DNA of 64,000 nt from Lophium mytilinum. Its lineage: Eukaryota. Positions 50,280 to 62,633 of the stretch are shown one piece after another; within the stretch, counting starts at the first letter, position 1, and every line of letters starts with the position of its first letter. The notes beneath the pieces were generated by a model. The model was not told the DNA's origin and did not search any database. It worked only from the letters and a program-made list of their open reading frames with translations. The position numbers were made by a program, and so were the translations under genes. Where the stretch lies: positions 1,658,816 through 1,722,815 of the forward strand of contig MU004191.1 of NCBI GenBank assembly GCA_010093605.1, read 5' to 3'.

Positions 50280-51248
50280 AGGGTAGCTCAGATGGAGTGG
50301 GGTGAGTTCGCCCATGCTCTGTTCCTTCTTGACATGTTTCAAGAGGGTGCGGACGATATGTATGGTTTTTCGCTGACATGTCTCAGGAATTCTGACGTGA
50401 ACTGCGATTCTACGAGGTAGCCAGGTTTGGTGACTGCAGGCATGGCAACGGCGAAAATGAACAAAGTCTTCGACTCACTCGGGATACGTAGCTAGGCTAC
50501 CGGCACAATACCATGATGACGGCAATGTCATGATCCACCAAAACAGCTCTAAACTACTCAATTCGGCATATTATCTAACATGACTCCTCAAGATCTCCAA
50601 CAGGGACAGCAGCACTCAGATTCCATCTCCAAATCTACTATCGCTCCATCGCTTCTGACACACAACGGCGCAGCCCACATCTGCGAGCTGATTACGATCC
50701 CATATTTCCTAATACACACCATAGCCGCCTATTCCTTTTGTTGCCTGACTACTTATAAGTGCATCAAAAGATGCCTCGCGCGCTACTCTCGGCGAAGTGG
50801 CCGGGCTATAACGGCCTTCGACTCTCCAGATCCATTCTCCTCCACACTCTCATTCGTTTGGCAAACCCGATCGAACGTTGAATTCACTCCAACAGTGCCA
50901 TGCCTCGAGTACTCCTCAGAGCCTGGGCTTACCTGACTGGGGCTCCCCTGACTGGGTAGTGCTTCTTTGGAATACTCCTCTGTGGCCTAACTCGCCTTCA
51001 GCAGCGTCGACATACAGCGTGCCTGGCAGCCCCCGCACAAAGGGCACAATAGGCATAATATCGATATCACAACGCTCACCCTCCCGGTCTTTCAACTCCC
51101 CTTAAACCTACTCCTCCTGCAGCTCGTCGTCATCCGAGCACTCCGACAGATACAATGTCGTACTACTTCTTCCCAATGCAAACACTCCGAACCTTACCCT
51201 CTAGTCTCCAAGCCTCAAACATCCCCAAAACCCGGCCCCCACGCAACC

Positions 51249-51440
51249 CTCTCGCGTTTGACCCTTCGGGCGTCGTAACCAAGAGACGAAAAACCAACTC
51301 GATCCTCACTCCGGTGTAGCCTAATGATCCCGTTGGTTGCTAAGAAGAGGGCCGGAGAGCAAGACCTCGCAACCCCGCCTCCTGATGAGCGACTTCTACA
51401 GAGTTCCCTGTGTCGGCGCACAGATACGGGCGGGACATCT
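51249..51440 (+). ncRNA. Putative structured ncRNA with H/ACA snoRNA-like architecture
   Basis: cUUCGg-capped hairpin at 51249-51285, ANANNA box AGACGA at 51284-51289, stems GGTTGC/GCAACC and CCCGCC/GGCGGG, then ACA+3 nt at 51435-51440. Confidence 0.35.
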
Positions 51441-51713
51441 CGCTAGTGATATAAAGGCTTTGTAGGATTCAAGTAGTCAAGGAACATCTATTTGATTAGC
51501 AGGAACAGGAATGTAGGGCGAAGTACCACGACATGCTTAGTCAATAATGATGAATTATGATTATATTATTTATTTCATGTTATGGGTGCTGTACAATCGA
51601 ATGGCCCTCTTTCATGGGATCGGGTATCGCACAACGCTGCACCTCACTCGCCTTCGTTCTCGGACGACAACCGCTGCCTCCAGGCTATCCGAATTCGAGT
51701 GCCCTCGAACAAC

Positions 51714-54700
51714 CTACCTCTCCACCTCCCCAACCGCAAATCGTCCCCCTTTCTCTACTGGCACCACAACCCTCACCCTCCTCCCTGACCCCTCTCCTTT
51801 CCCTGACGCTTGACCCTCCCCGCCCACAGGCGCGAGAACTCTACTCGCCGCGCCCACCGCCTTACTCTCCCCAACCCTCCACTCATCCCCGCGAACCGGC
51901 CTCGTCCGCTCCCTCTCCGCCTTCTTCCCCATGCCCTCCCTCACCCGCTTCTCCCTCCGCGGCCCAGGCACACAATCGCACAAACACCCCTCCGTCGCAC
52001 ACGCCCCCTCCGCCATCGCAGCATCCGCAAACCACGCGCTCAAACACGCAGTATGCCCGCCATGACCACAGAGCGGACACCAAGTCCACAAAACCGCGCG
52101 AGGAGTGGCGTGCGCCGCCTCCGGCACACTCGGCGACAGCTCCTCCGCATCCGACGAGACCGCAAGGTCAAACGACGGCAGCAACACCGACGACCGTTTG
52201 CGATGCCTCGAGACATCCGCCGCGGAGCTCCTCAGTCGCGCCTTCTTCGCTTTCACTGCGCCTTCAAACGCTGGGTACGCGCCCCAGCACACCGGACAGG
52301 GCGCCTGTGCGCGCCGGCACGTCTCGCAGCGCATCTTATCGCGGGGGTTGTTGATGGGGCTCTTGCAGCTCAGACAGAGCAGGCCGAGCTGGGTGTCTTT
52401 GAGGGCCTGCTCATAGACGGCAGGGTAGAGGGGGTAGGCGAGGCGGCGGAGGGAGGCGGCGGCGTTGAAGAGGCCGAGTGCGTGCAGCTGGGCGTGGTAG
52501 GTGCTGAGGACGGCTTCGGCTTGGTACGGGTTGAGGCCAGTCTCGAGCAGGGGTGTTAGACGTGTGGAGAGGATGGTGTCGATTTGGGTTGGGGAGAGGC
52601 CGAGGGTGGAGAGGTGGTCGGCGTAGGTCGCGAGGGTGGCGGGGTCGGTGGCGGAATGGCATGTCCTAGGCAGCAGGGGCGAGAGCAGGAGAATGAGAAG
52701 GGATGAGGTTTGGGCGTCGGAGAGCGTGTCGGTGTGGAATTGCAGGGTCTGCCGGAGGAGGTTGAGCACGGTGAGTGTCTCCGATGGCTCGTGGATGTCG
52801 GCTGCTTGGAAGTCGGAGAGCAGGATTGGCTCGTCAATTAGTGGGTCTACTGCGGGCGGCGTGCTGTCTACTTGGGTAAGGCCTGCAGTGGGTCTGAAGG
52901 ATTGCGGCGAGAGCACGTCGTCAAATGGGCCGTCTGGAACAATTGTACCACTCGCTTCCATGTTTTCGTGGAATATGTCAGCCGAGACCTCCGACAATCC
53001 ATCTCTGCTAAACGCCTCTGAATCGGAGCTGTCGTGGCGAAAAAGTTGGTTGTTCCGCCGCAATGTCTCAATATCTTGGATGGCTTTGTCCCGACTTGCG
53101 TATTCTAGATGCCTGTCTGTGTCACTGCGGCCCGTCCCTAGCTGCTCGACGGGCCTGGCTTCGTTTGTGCCCGCCCCCACGGGCTTTGTGGTCGGAGAAT
53201 AATCCACGGACCGTCCAAAGCTTCCAGTCAACCCGCTGTGTCCTGGTTCTTGCTGCCCGAGCTGACTAGACTGTGTCGGCTGGCTGTTACCGAAGCTCGA
53301 GGTATCCTGCTGTTGCCACTTCTCGGGAATAGACCCCATGCTTCGGGCGTGTGACTTGCTGCTGGCAAAAGAACTTGACACTGATATTCCTCTTTGAGAG
53401 TCGGTAGAGGCCGAGAACATGGCGAAGCTTTCATCCGAGTCATGGCGGTCCAGTCGCGGAGGGATTGCAATGCTGATCCCTTGGCTGCTCGGGGGGTCCA
53501 GAATGAGCGGTGCCCGGGGGGCTGCTCGCCAGCTGCCGATCTGCGCTCGTCGCTCATCCAGGTCGTTCAATGAATTGGCATTCCACAACGGTCCGTTGAA
53601 GCTCGGTCGTCGTGGACCGCTGGGTTTATTTGCAGTTTCGGGAGACAGAAACCTCTCCTCCTGCGAGTGTGGGCCGACCGCGGCCGGGGGCAAGCTGAGG
53701 TTCTCGTCGCGGTCGGGATCAGGTAATGACGGGAGAGTGCTGCCGATTTTTGTATCCTGATACGGCCTTGCGAGAGGCGTAGCCAGGTTGGACGTGCTCT
53801 CAGGCGGCGCGTGATGGTGCTCTTTATCGGGGCCATAGATCGCACGAACTGCGGGGTTTGGGATGCCGCCGGGTCTGCCATGTGCTGCTGTGGCATCCTT
53901 GACGATTGCTAGCTGCGCGTCAGATAAAAGCAGGCGCTTATCGTCAATTCTTCTCTTCTTGTGTCTCTCTGCCCGACGCAGTGTGGTTACAGCAACAGTC
54001 CCGCCAATGATTCTCCATGACTGAGCAAGTCTATAGAACGCTGCTCTTTCGGCGTATTCCGCGTTCTGCTCAAACACGCGGTACAGGTCGTAGTACGACT
54101 CAAGCGTCGGCGGGTCGGGCAGCGGTATCGACTTGTATTTCTGCGCAAGGTAAGTGAAGACTTGGATGCTCATTGAGCCAGGGAGGGCCCCTCTGAACCC
54201 GACTTGGTTGGGCATCATAGAGTCACCAAGCAATTCCATGGACTCGGTTAGGAACATGACCTTAGGAGCGACGTCCGAAGAAGGCGGGGTGCTGCCGAAT
54301 GACCTTGTAGATCTGTTACTGGATGTTCGGCCATGATGACGTCTGAATGAAGAGCTAAGGAAGCTCTCGTCAACACTGTCGTCTGCTGAGCTGCGTAGAC
54401 TGTTTTTTTCTGGGCTGCTGCGTTTTTCCCGGTCAGTTGTGTAGCTGTCGTCGACAGAGGCGTATTCAAGGCCGGACCGCCTTCGACGCGGCCTCTTCTG
54501 CACAAACCCGCCAACCTCGCCAGTCGGAGAGACGGCAATGGCCTGCAGGTTGCGTCGATCTACAACCTTGGGTGAGAAATGGACGTCGGTCTGGGCAAAC
54601 ACACCCTCTCGGCCGACAGTCCATAGGAAGTCTCTCGAGTGCCAAAGCATGTCCGAGGGAGCACTGTTAAAGCGGCTTATTTCTCGAAAGGGTAAGAAGG

Positions 54701-55968
54701 GGCGCCTGAAGTCCCAGAGATGGACCACTGGATGATCACGGTCGTATGAGGTGGCGAGCTGCGTGCACTGGTAGGCGCCCTGGTCGTGGAAATCGTCAGA
54801 CCAATGAGGGGGCCTCCATCTAGCCTTGTGGACGGGGTACGGTGTGCGCAGGACAAAGGCGGGCTTTTGCCTGCGCGTGTCTGACGAGAAATCCCAGATC
54901 TTGACGGTCCTATCAGTACTAGCGCTCAGCAGATGCTTGCCGTCTGGGTGCCAGTCGATCGAGGTGCATATCTTCTGCTCGTGGGCGTTAATCTTGAGCT
55001 TGGGTCCCTTGGCATGGCGGAAATCCCAGCGCTGAATCACTCCATTGTCAGTTCCAAATGCAAACTCGACGCCGTCAGTCGGTGACCACTGCAAGTCGCG
55101 AATACCCTCGCTGAGGCCGGCAAACTTGTCTCTGCTGGGACACGTCATGACATCCTTCCGCATGTCGCGCAGGTCCCACAGGCGCACAGTGGCGTCCTGG
55201 CTGCCTGACAGCAGCAAGTAGCCCTGATGGGGGTTGAAAGCGACCTTGTGCACCTGGCGATGGTGTTCATGCAGCCGCGCTAGCTCCATGCCAGCGCGGT
55301 TGAGGTCGTACAGGATGACTTTGCCATTGGTGGCGGCGGTTGCAATATGCGTGCTGAACTGGCCATGCGACCACTTGACATCGTGGATCTCCATGGTTTC
55401 GCGATGGCGCGTGTTGTGGGCTGCATAATTGATGATGGCGGCCCGCAGATTGATATCTTCGGCACATTTGGCATCCTTTACTCGGATCGTCTTCAGGATG
55501 TCCCGACCAGCAATGATGGCGTGGGTGCGCTCGCGGTTCATGTCCAGGGCGGATATGTCCAGCCCCGTCTTGTGGCTCGCATCTTGCGAGGAGCCCGAGC
55601 TAATCCTACGGCGGTTCAGTGAGCAGTGAAGGTTTACGAGCGTCTAGGACTGTCTGCGTCTACGTGCATCGCCGGTACGCGTAGCCGGTTCCCCGTGGTG
55701 TTTGGGCCTCCATCGGTCGAAGCCGGAGACCTGTGACAAGCGAACAGCAGACAGTGACAGATGCAACTCACCCTGGCAGCCGGGGTACTAATGGGTTGGG
55801 CCTTCCGACCGTCTTTTGGGCGCTCGTGGGCCGCGAGCCATACGTCGAGAAGGGCTGGGTGACGAAGCGCGAGAAGTAGCTCCGCGGCTGGCCTAGGTGC
55901 TGCTTTGCTGGCGGCAGCGGAGGCGGCGGTGGAATGGCAGACGAGGCTCGTCGCGGATAGTCGGCCAT
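51714..55968 (-). CDS. RTC1: Rtc1/Sea2 (WDR24 orthologue; SEACAT/GATOR2 subunit): WD40 repeats plus C-terminal Zn/RING-like region
   Basis: IATAATNGKVILYDL, HEHHRQVHKVAFNP, LLSGSQDATVRLWDLR, VVHLWDFRRPFLP; C-terminal CLSC...CETC...CPVC...CPLCGHGGHTACLSAWF...CATEGCLCDC. Structure of the 5' exons (55606-55968) is uncertain. Confidence 0.9.
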
Positions 55969-56391
55969 GGTGGGCGTGGATGCATGCCAGCGCCGTAGTC
56001 AGCGAAGCGTGCCCAGGTGGTGATGCGGTGAGAGTCGGGCGCGCTGGCGTCGCGTCTACGGATACACGATGCCGGCTTTCCAGTGCAGAGGGCCGGTTAC
56101 TAGATGCGCAAATGGGACGCCGGCAATGCAGTGATAGACGCGTGGTGTTGCAGCTGCAGGCGGGCGACGTGGAGCCCTCTGCCAGGGCTGCTGTTGGTAC
56201 TACGATGCTTTAGGCGCTTCCAACGACTCAGCCAGTTACTTTTCAGCCAGCCTTTGCCCGTTTATTACGGCAAGGTCTAATCCGGGTATTACGCTAGGCC
56301 TTTGTAGGGAAGTAGGAAAGGTATGCAGCGGACAGCTTTTGCCTCTCTGCCCCCTCGCTTCTATGAATATTAGGTATCCTTTGCATAGGAT

Positions 56392-56488
56392 AGAGGAAAC
56401 TCTTGTGCTTACTAGAGGAGCAGGCTTCTTGCGCTTGAATGGAGGAGCAGGCTTCTTGCGCTCAATAGAGGAGGAAGCTTCTCGCGCG
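56392..56488. repeat. Degenerate tandem repeat, about 27-bp period (GAGGAGCAGGCTTCTTGCGC core)
   Basis: Exact 20-mer at 56415 and 56442; degenerate copies at about 56393 and 56468. Confidence 0.75.
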
Positions 56489-56694
56489 TAGTAGAATGGT
56501 ATTTATGTTGTAATGCACACAGAGAGTAACATTGACACTACTCGTGGCTGTTAGAGGAAACAGAATGAAGAAGCGAGGACGGACGTCTACTGAATTGAGT
56601 TCCTCCAATATCTAATAAAAGGGTAGAATATATTCTAGGGTCACAGACAGGTAATCACACATTAGCTATACAACGGGCATCTAAGAAGAAGAGA

Positions 56695-56749
56695 TTCTGG
56701 GAGGAAGAATCAATTCTGGAGGAAGAATCAATTCTGGAGGAAGAATTAA
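56695..56749. repeat. Three 18-bp tandem units TTCTGGAGGAAGAATYAA
   Basis: Read directly from the sequence; the first unit has one extra G. Confidence 0.85.
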
Positions 56750-57148
56750 TGGGTCTAGTACTATCCTGAGATTCATAATGCAGTCTGAGATCGATCTCGG
56801 TCTCGGAATTACACAGTTTTGGGCCCTCCGGTCCCATCTGGTATTACCAGTAACTAACCGCATGGTCCCATCTGAGCCAACACCCTACTGGTGGCGGGCA
56901 AGCGGCTCTGTTATAGGCCTTGTCCAGCCTAAACTCCTGGCCTGCCATAGGCTCCCCTTGATACTCTACGGCGTCCTAGCGGCCTTTTTGTGCGTGCATC
57001 CACCCTGCTATGCCCCGATCGCCGGCCAAGCGCGTAGGTCTTTCCGTCGAATACGCCACACCACCACTTGCACTAAAAACATGTCCATCATGCGACCTCC
57101 GCCGCTCCTCCACCGACCTCCCCAAACCACCCTCTCTGGCCCACTCTG

Positions 57149-60100
57149 ATGTCTCTGTCGCCAGAGCTTGGGGCGACCGACGGGACCATGATCGGGTCTC
57201 TTGTGCACCACGGGCCCGCAGAGCTTCTCCAGAGCTCTGCTCGTCCCGCGCCGTGGGTCGGCAACCATACCACCCGCCGCACCCTGCTGGTCCTGCAATT
57301 CGCCTATCCCGTCATTCTGCTCTTCTTCTTTCTCCTTGCTTTCACTATCCGCAGCATCAGGTCTGCCTCTAATGCTACTCTTAATTGCGAGCCCGTCGTC
57401 AGCGGTCCCGGTGGAAAACCTCTCCCCAACACCGACCCAACCCGGAATGCTCCCAAGGGCAAGGTCAAGGACGATGTCACTCGCTCCCAGAAGCTCCTAT
57501 TCGAATGGGTGTCCATTGGCGTCGCCCTCACCTTCATTGGCAACTTCATCAATGTCATCGTCCATGCCATCTACAGCCGGGAGGAAGAGTGGTGGTGCGG
57601 CCAAAGCGTCGTGGTAAGCTGACCAGAGCTCCGAGACCACTCTCTACGGCATGATCTATACTAATTGACTGCTGACAGATCTATGTCGTCGGGGCCTTCT
57701 TTGTCTACATGCTTCTAGTCATCTCGCTGGTTGACTCGAAGCCTGCGCCGAACTCGGTCCACCTCGCGACGTGGTCCTGCGCCCTCGTTCTCGAAATCAT
57801 CCTCCTAGCAGCCTCCTTCTCCTTATACACACATGCGCATCGCGAGAAGCGTGCTGGGAAACCTCGCCATGGGCATCTTCGGTTTAGGATGACCGAATGG
57901 GAAATAACCGAGGTGGTGGTTGATCTGCTGCGGATCATCTTGCTCATTGCGCTGATTGGCTTCTACGTCCTGTTCGTCACACTGCGCAATCGCAAGAAGC
58001 ACGCGGAAGCCCAGAACGCGGCCGAGACTCAAGGTCTTCTCGCCGAAAGCCGTACCGAGAACGGCGAGAATGGCCATGCCAATGGAGGCTACGGTTCCAC
58101 CCAACCCGTCGGCGGACCACATGCGCACCCCGAAGGAGCCGGGCCTGGATGGAGTAGGCCTGTCAACGTCCCAGCACGAAATTGGTGGGACTACATCAAA
58201 GGATACCATGTTTTCTTCCCATACCTCTGGCCTTCCAAGGATCGAAAATTGCAGATAATCGTGGTGATATGCTTCATCCTCGTCACTCTCCAGAGAGTCG
58301 TCAATCTGGCGGTGCCAATAGCTGTGGGCTGGATTATCAACGAGCTCTCGGGCGAGAGTGGACGAGGCGACGGTGGCAAGATCGTAACGCCATGGGGTGC
58401 CATCTGTCTCTACGTCTTGCTCCGCTTCATCCAGGGTAATAACGGCGTGTTAGGCGCCATTCGTTCATCTCTATGGATTCCCATCGGTCAGTACTCGTAC
58501 CGCGAACTGTCAGTGGCTGCTTTCGAGCATGTCCACGGCCTCAGCTTGGACTTCCACCTCGGCAAGAAGACTGGAGAGGTTCTGTCTGCTCTCGGGAAAG
58601 GCGCTTCCATCAACACCTTTCTAGAGCAGGTTACCTTCTCAGTATTGCCAATGCTCGTGGATCTATGCGTTGCTATTGGTTACTTCTTAATCGCCTTTGA
58701 CGCCTACTATGCCCTCGTGGTTTCCATCGTCACTTTCTGGTACATCTACCTCACTATTCGCATGGCCCAGTGGAGAGCTGAAATGCGCCGCGACATGGTT
58801 AATGCGGATAGAGAGGAGGACGCAGTGAAGTATGCACCCGTCAAACATCTCCATCAACCTGTATTAATGATAATAGAAACGACTCTATGGTATCCTATGA
58901 AACGGTCAAGTACTTCAACGCTGAACAGTACGAATTCAAACGATATCGATCTGCTGTTGAAAAGTTCCAGGCTCATGAGTATGGCGTGTTGTTCTCGTTA
59001 AACCTGATGAACGTCACACAAAACATGGTGTTCATGCTTGGTCTCATGGTCACGTGTTTCATCTGCGCTTACCAGGTGACAACTGGTCAGTCGGACGTTG
59101 GCCGATTTGTATCGCTTCTGACTTACATGGCGCAATTGCAACAACCTCTCAACTTCTTCGGTACTTTTTATCGCATGATTCAGTCGGCGATGATCAATTC
59201 GGAACGAATGCTAGAGCTCTTCAAAGAAAAACCAACCGTTGTGGACAAGGATGGTGCTGGAACGCTTCCAACATGCGAAGGAGACATTCGCTTCAACGAG
59301 GTGCAATTTTCATACGACAACAGGAAACCAGCTCTGCAGGGATTAGACTTCCATTGCGCGCCAGGAACCACCACGGCCTTTGTTGGCGAATCTGGAGGGG
59401 GCAAATCAACCGTCTTCCGCCTCCTTTTCCGGTTCTACAACATCCTAGGAGGCAACATCCAGGTCGACGGCCACGACGTCGTCGATCTTACCATCGACTC
59501 TCTTCGTCGGCATATCGGCGTCGTACCGCAAGACACTGTGCTTTTCAATGAGACTCTCATGTACAATCTCAAGTATGCCGACCCCGACGCTACAGACGAG
59601 CAGGTGTATGAGGCGTGCCGTGCTGCTAGCATCCACGACAAGATTATGGCCTTCCCCGACCGCTATGAAACGCGTGTGGGCGAGCGTGGCCTACGCTTGT
59701 CTGGGGGCGAGAAGCAGCGCGTGGCGATTGCACGAACTATTCTGAAGAATCCTCGTATCATCATGCTCGACGAGGCGACCGCGGCGCTGGATACAACCAC
59801 GGAACAGCACATTCAGGAAGCCCTCACGACGCTCGGAAAGGGACGTACTATGTTGGTGATTGCGCATCGCCTCAGCACCATCACTCGAGCGGACCAGATC
59901 CTTGTGCTTCACAAAGGCAAGGTTCACGAACGCGGGACGCATGCCGAACTCCTTGCGTTGAAAGGGAAATATGCGAATATGTGGGAGAAGCAAATCCAAG
60001 CTCAGCGTGCTGCAGAAGAGGCAAAAGTACTAAAAGACAAAGCGGACCGTTTGAGGCGAGAGTCCATTCATGATGACGATGAGAGTAGCACCAGTCCCGT

Positions 60101-60200
60101 TGACAGCGAAGACGAGCGCACAAAAGCCAGCGGCAGTGGAACGGTCACACCCAAGGTCAGTAGCGGTGGAGGCCATCATCACGGCCACCACGGACACTAA
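57149..60200 (+). CDS. hmt1: Heavy-metal tolerance ABC half-transporter (Hmt1/ABCB6-like)
   Basis: Hydrophobic N-terminal extension, FFPYLWP, LSLDFHLGKKTGEV, YETVKYFNAE, Walker A GESGGGKS, signature LSGGEKQRVAIAR, Walker B IMLDEAT, IAHRLST. Introns 57614-57678 and 58830-58876. His-rich C-terminus. Confidence 0.93.
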
Positions 60201-62633
60201 CTAGGTGAGTAAAGTAAAATTGATTTTGACGGCTTGTATTACGGCTTCTTGTTTTTTTTGTTTCCTTCTCTTTCTTACTATCTTCAATTTAGGCTGGCTC
60301 AAAACGGGCGTAGATTGGGGTTCTTGGCGGTTGCTGCGGTCTGGTCTTGTTTTCTTAGGCTGGATGAGCATCTTCAGGCGTATCCAGACATGGCGATCTG
60401 GCGATGGGGGGGGCTTGGTTATCGTCTAGGATGGCGCGTGCGCGATGAATGACGGAGGAATAGTCGTGGCTTTTGGACGGATTGATTATTTCGGGGTTGT
60501 TCGGTGAGCGAGGCATGGTGGATTTCGGAGCTTGGTGGTCTACTGCATCTTTTCAGGAGCAAGGCCGGGCGGTTATGTTGTTTGCGAGGGGGATTATACA
60601 GCTTATTGCGCAAGCAGCATGGTATATACGTGGCTAAGCTCTCTCGCTTGCCCTTCATTCAGCAGTTGTTCCTCACTGGCATGGTGTCTTACTGAAGTGC
60701 GGCGAGTCATGACATGGTGCTGACCCATGTCTCTTCGGCTCTCGTGCACCGAGCGACTGAAAACCGATCTCGGTACCAGACGAGCGGGACTCGAGGAGGG
60801 AGGATGTTTGTAGCATGCTGATGTTTGAACGATGATACTGCAAGATTTTCATCTCTCATGAGAGAGCTAGACAGTGCTCTACATCCTACTTATGTAACGA
60901 CGCATGAATCACGAATCCTCCAAAAGAGTATCTCCGCATTACCAACATCGGAGTCTCACTCCTTGCGAGCGCGAATTGCCCCATCCCATCCCTCCGATTC
61001 CTAATCCTCCTCAGCTCCTTGCGGTATGCCACCAACCATACAGCCCCGTCGATCCTGCGCCTATCTATCTCACGCATCCGCACCCTTCCACGGCTACATT
61101 AATCCCTCAGGGGTTAGAAGTCTCGGTATTGATCAACCCCCATCTACCTCGCAGTAACCCCCGCACGCTCGAATAACGAAGATGTCGCGTCGAGTGCGGC
61201 ACAGCACACGAACTTTCCCCAGTCTAAGCCCCTCGTTACCAGCCCGCCGGGCTGATCGATTGGCACCGACAGCGCGGATTCGGCCAGATCGTTGGCGCGC
61301 GGCGTTCGCGTTTCTTGGGAAGGAGGGCAGGGCAGGGCAGGGTGGTTTTTTTTTTCCGGTGAAGTGGGTTGGGTTTATCTGACGATGCGGGGGCCGCTTC
61401 CTGCATACATACATATGATACGTACAATAGACGTCCTCCCCATGCGAACCGCGAGTCGGCACGGGGAAGAGTGCGGAAGGGTCCCGAGGCCGCCGGCGAC
61501 CACAGGGCACCAGCACCAGCACCCCTCAGCGATCATGACGGCGTGTCGAAACGGATTAGAATTGAGCGCGAAGGAGGCGCTGGTTCTGGCCGGCCTTCGA
61601 ACCCGCGAACCCACCCCCTCTCTCCCTGCGCATGACACACACACACACTCCCAGCCCGCGCGCCGCCGCCGTTTCCGGGGGCACGTTACACCACATCCGG
61701 GTACGGCTCGCGGGCGCCAGCAACGACGTCAAAGAAAAGTTTAATCGGCGTTGGCTACACTCTGCGCGCGCTGCTGGGAACGAAGAGGGCGCGGAAGAGA
61801 CCCGCGGTCATATTGCCTCAGCTTCTCTTGTCCCCGTCGACTCTTGAAGGGTTAAGGTGTGCAGTGTCCAGTCCAGGTCTCCCATCTCGTCTCATCTCCG
61901 CGCGCTGAGTGTGTATCGCAAATCCCCACCGCACCCAGCACCCGCAATCCCCGACGGCAGTTCCTAGAGAAACAATCACCCACCTCCCTGCCCGCTAAGC
62001 GGACCCTGCGTGTGTGGGTTGCTGCGCGCGGCTGAGACGGTCGGCTTGCCGCGAAGGAAGCTAGAGACGGGGGAGGAGGAGGAAGGGTAAAGCTGGGGGG
62101 CCCACACACCCTGCCCGCGCTGCCTGCCGGTCGTTTCTCTTGTCGGGCGCCCGCGTCGCTGGGGGTTTCTTGGTCCTGCACCTCTTGCACCACTGGCGAC
62201 TTTCGCGACCGGAGTGTCGGTAATCTGCTACACCACTGCTTTTTACGGGACACGCTGGGTTTGAGAGAGGTTGGGAATTGGAAGTGTTTGGCTATTTGAG
62301 AGCGGGAGCTAAAACTAGCAACCTCCTGCCAGCTGAGTGGGTTTCCGTGGGAAGTGGTGAGGAAGAAGACGATTGGTGCGAAGCTGTTCGATGGGCTGGG
62401 ACGAGACGGACGGCATTATGGAGGGGGCTGGTGTCCAGATTCCGGTGGTGAGCAGCTATTTCTTTTTCTTTATACCGGTTTTCTTGGGCCTTGGATGTGC
62501 AAGAAGTGGTTGCTGGGGTTTCCGTTGGGTTGGGAGATGTGCTACTGGGTGTTGATGGTCGTGGTGGTTCGATGCCACTGACCCCTCAGTTCTTCTTCAC
62601 ATTGTTCTCTGACTTGCACTACTTGTTCGTGTT

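Noticed and set aside
51374..51434. Hammerhead ribozyme: CTGATGA flanked by a CCCGCC/GGCGGG stem and a GCGAC/GTCG stem
   Set aside because: The essential GAAA core after stem II is replaced by GCAC, and no proper stem III or cleavage triplet forms.
51180..51450. RNase P/MRP, U1, U3, U4 or tRNA identity for the structured region
   Set aside because: Only partial motifs: no GAAAGTC CR-I with a matching CR-V, no ATACTTACCTG, no Sm site, and an A-box-like TAGCCTAATG without a B-box or cloverleaf.
51557..53760. Plus-strand ORFs of 100-265 aa
   Set aside because: Antisense to RTC1, low complexity, no motifs.
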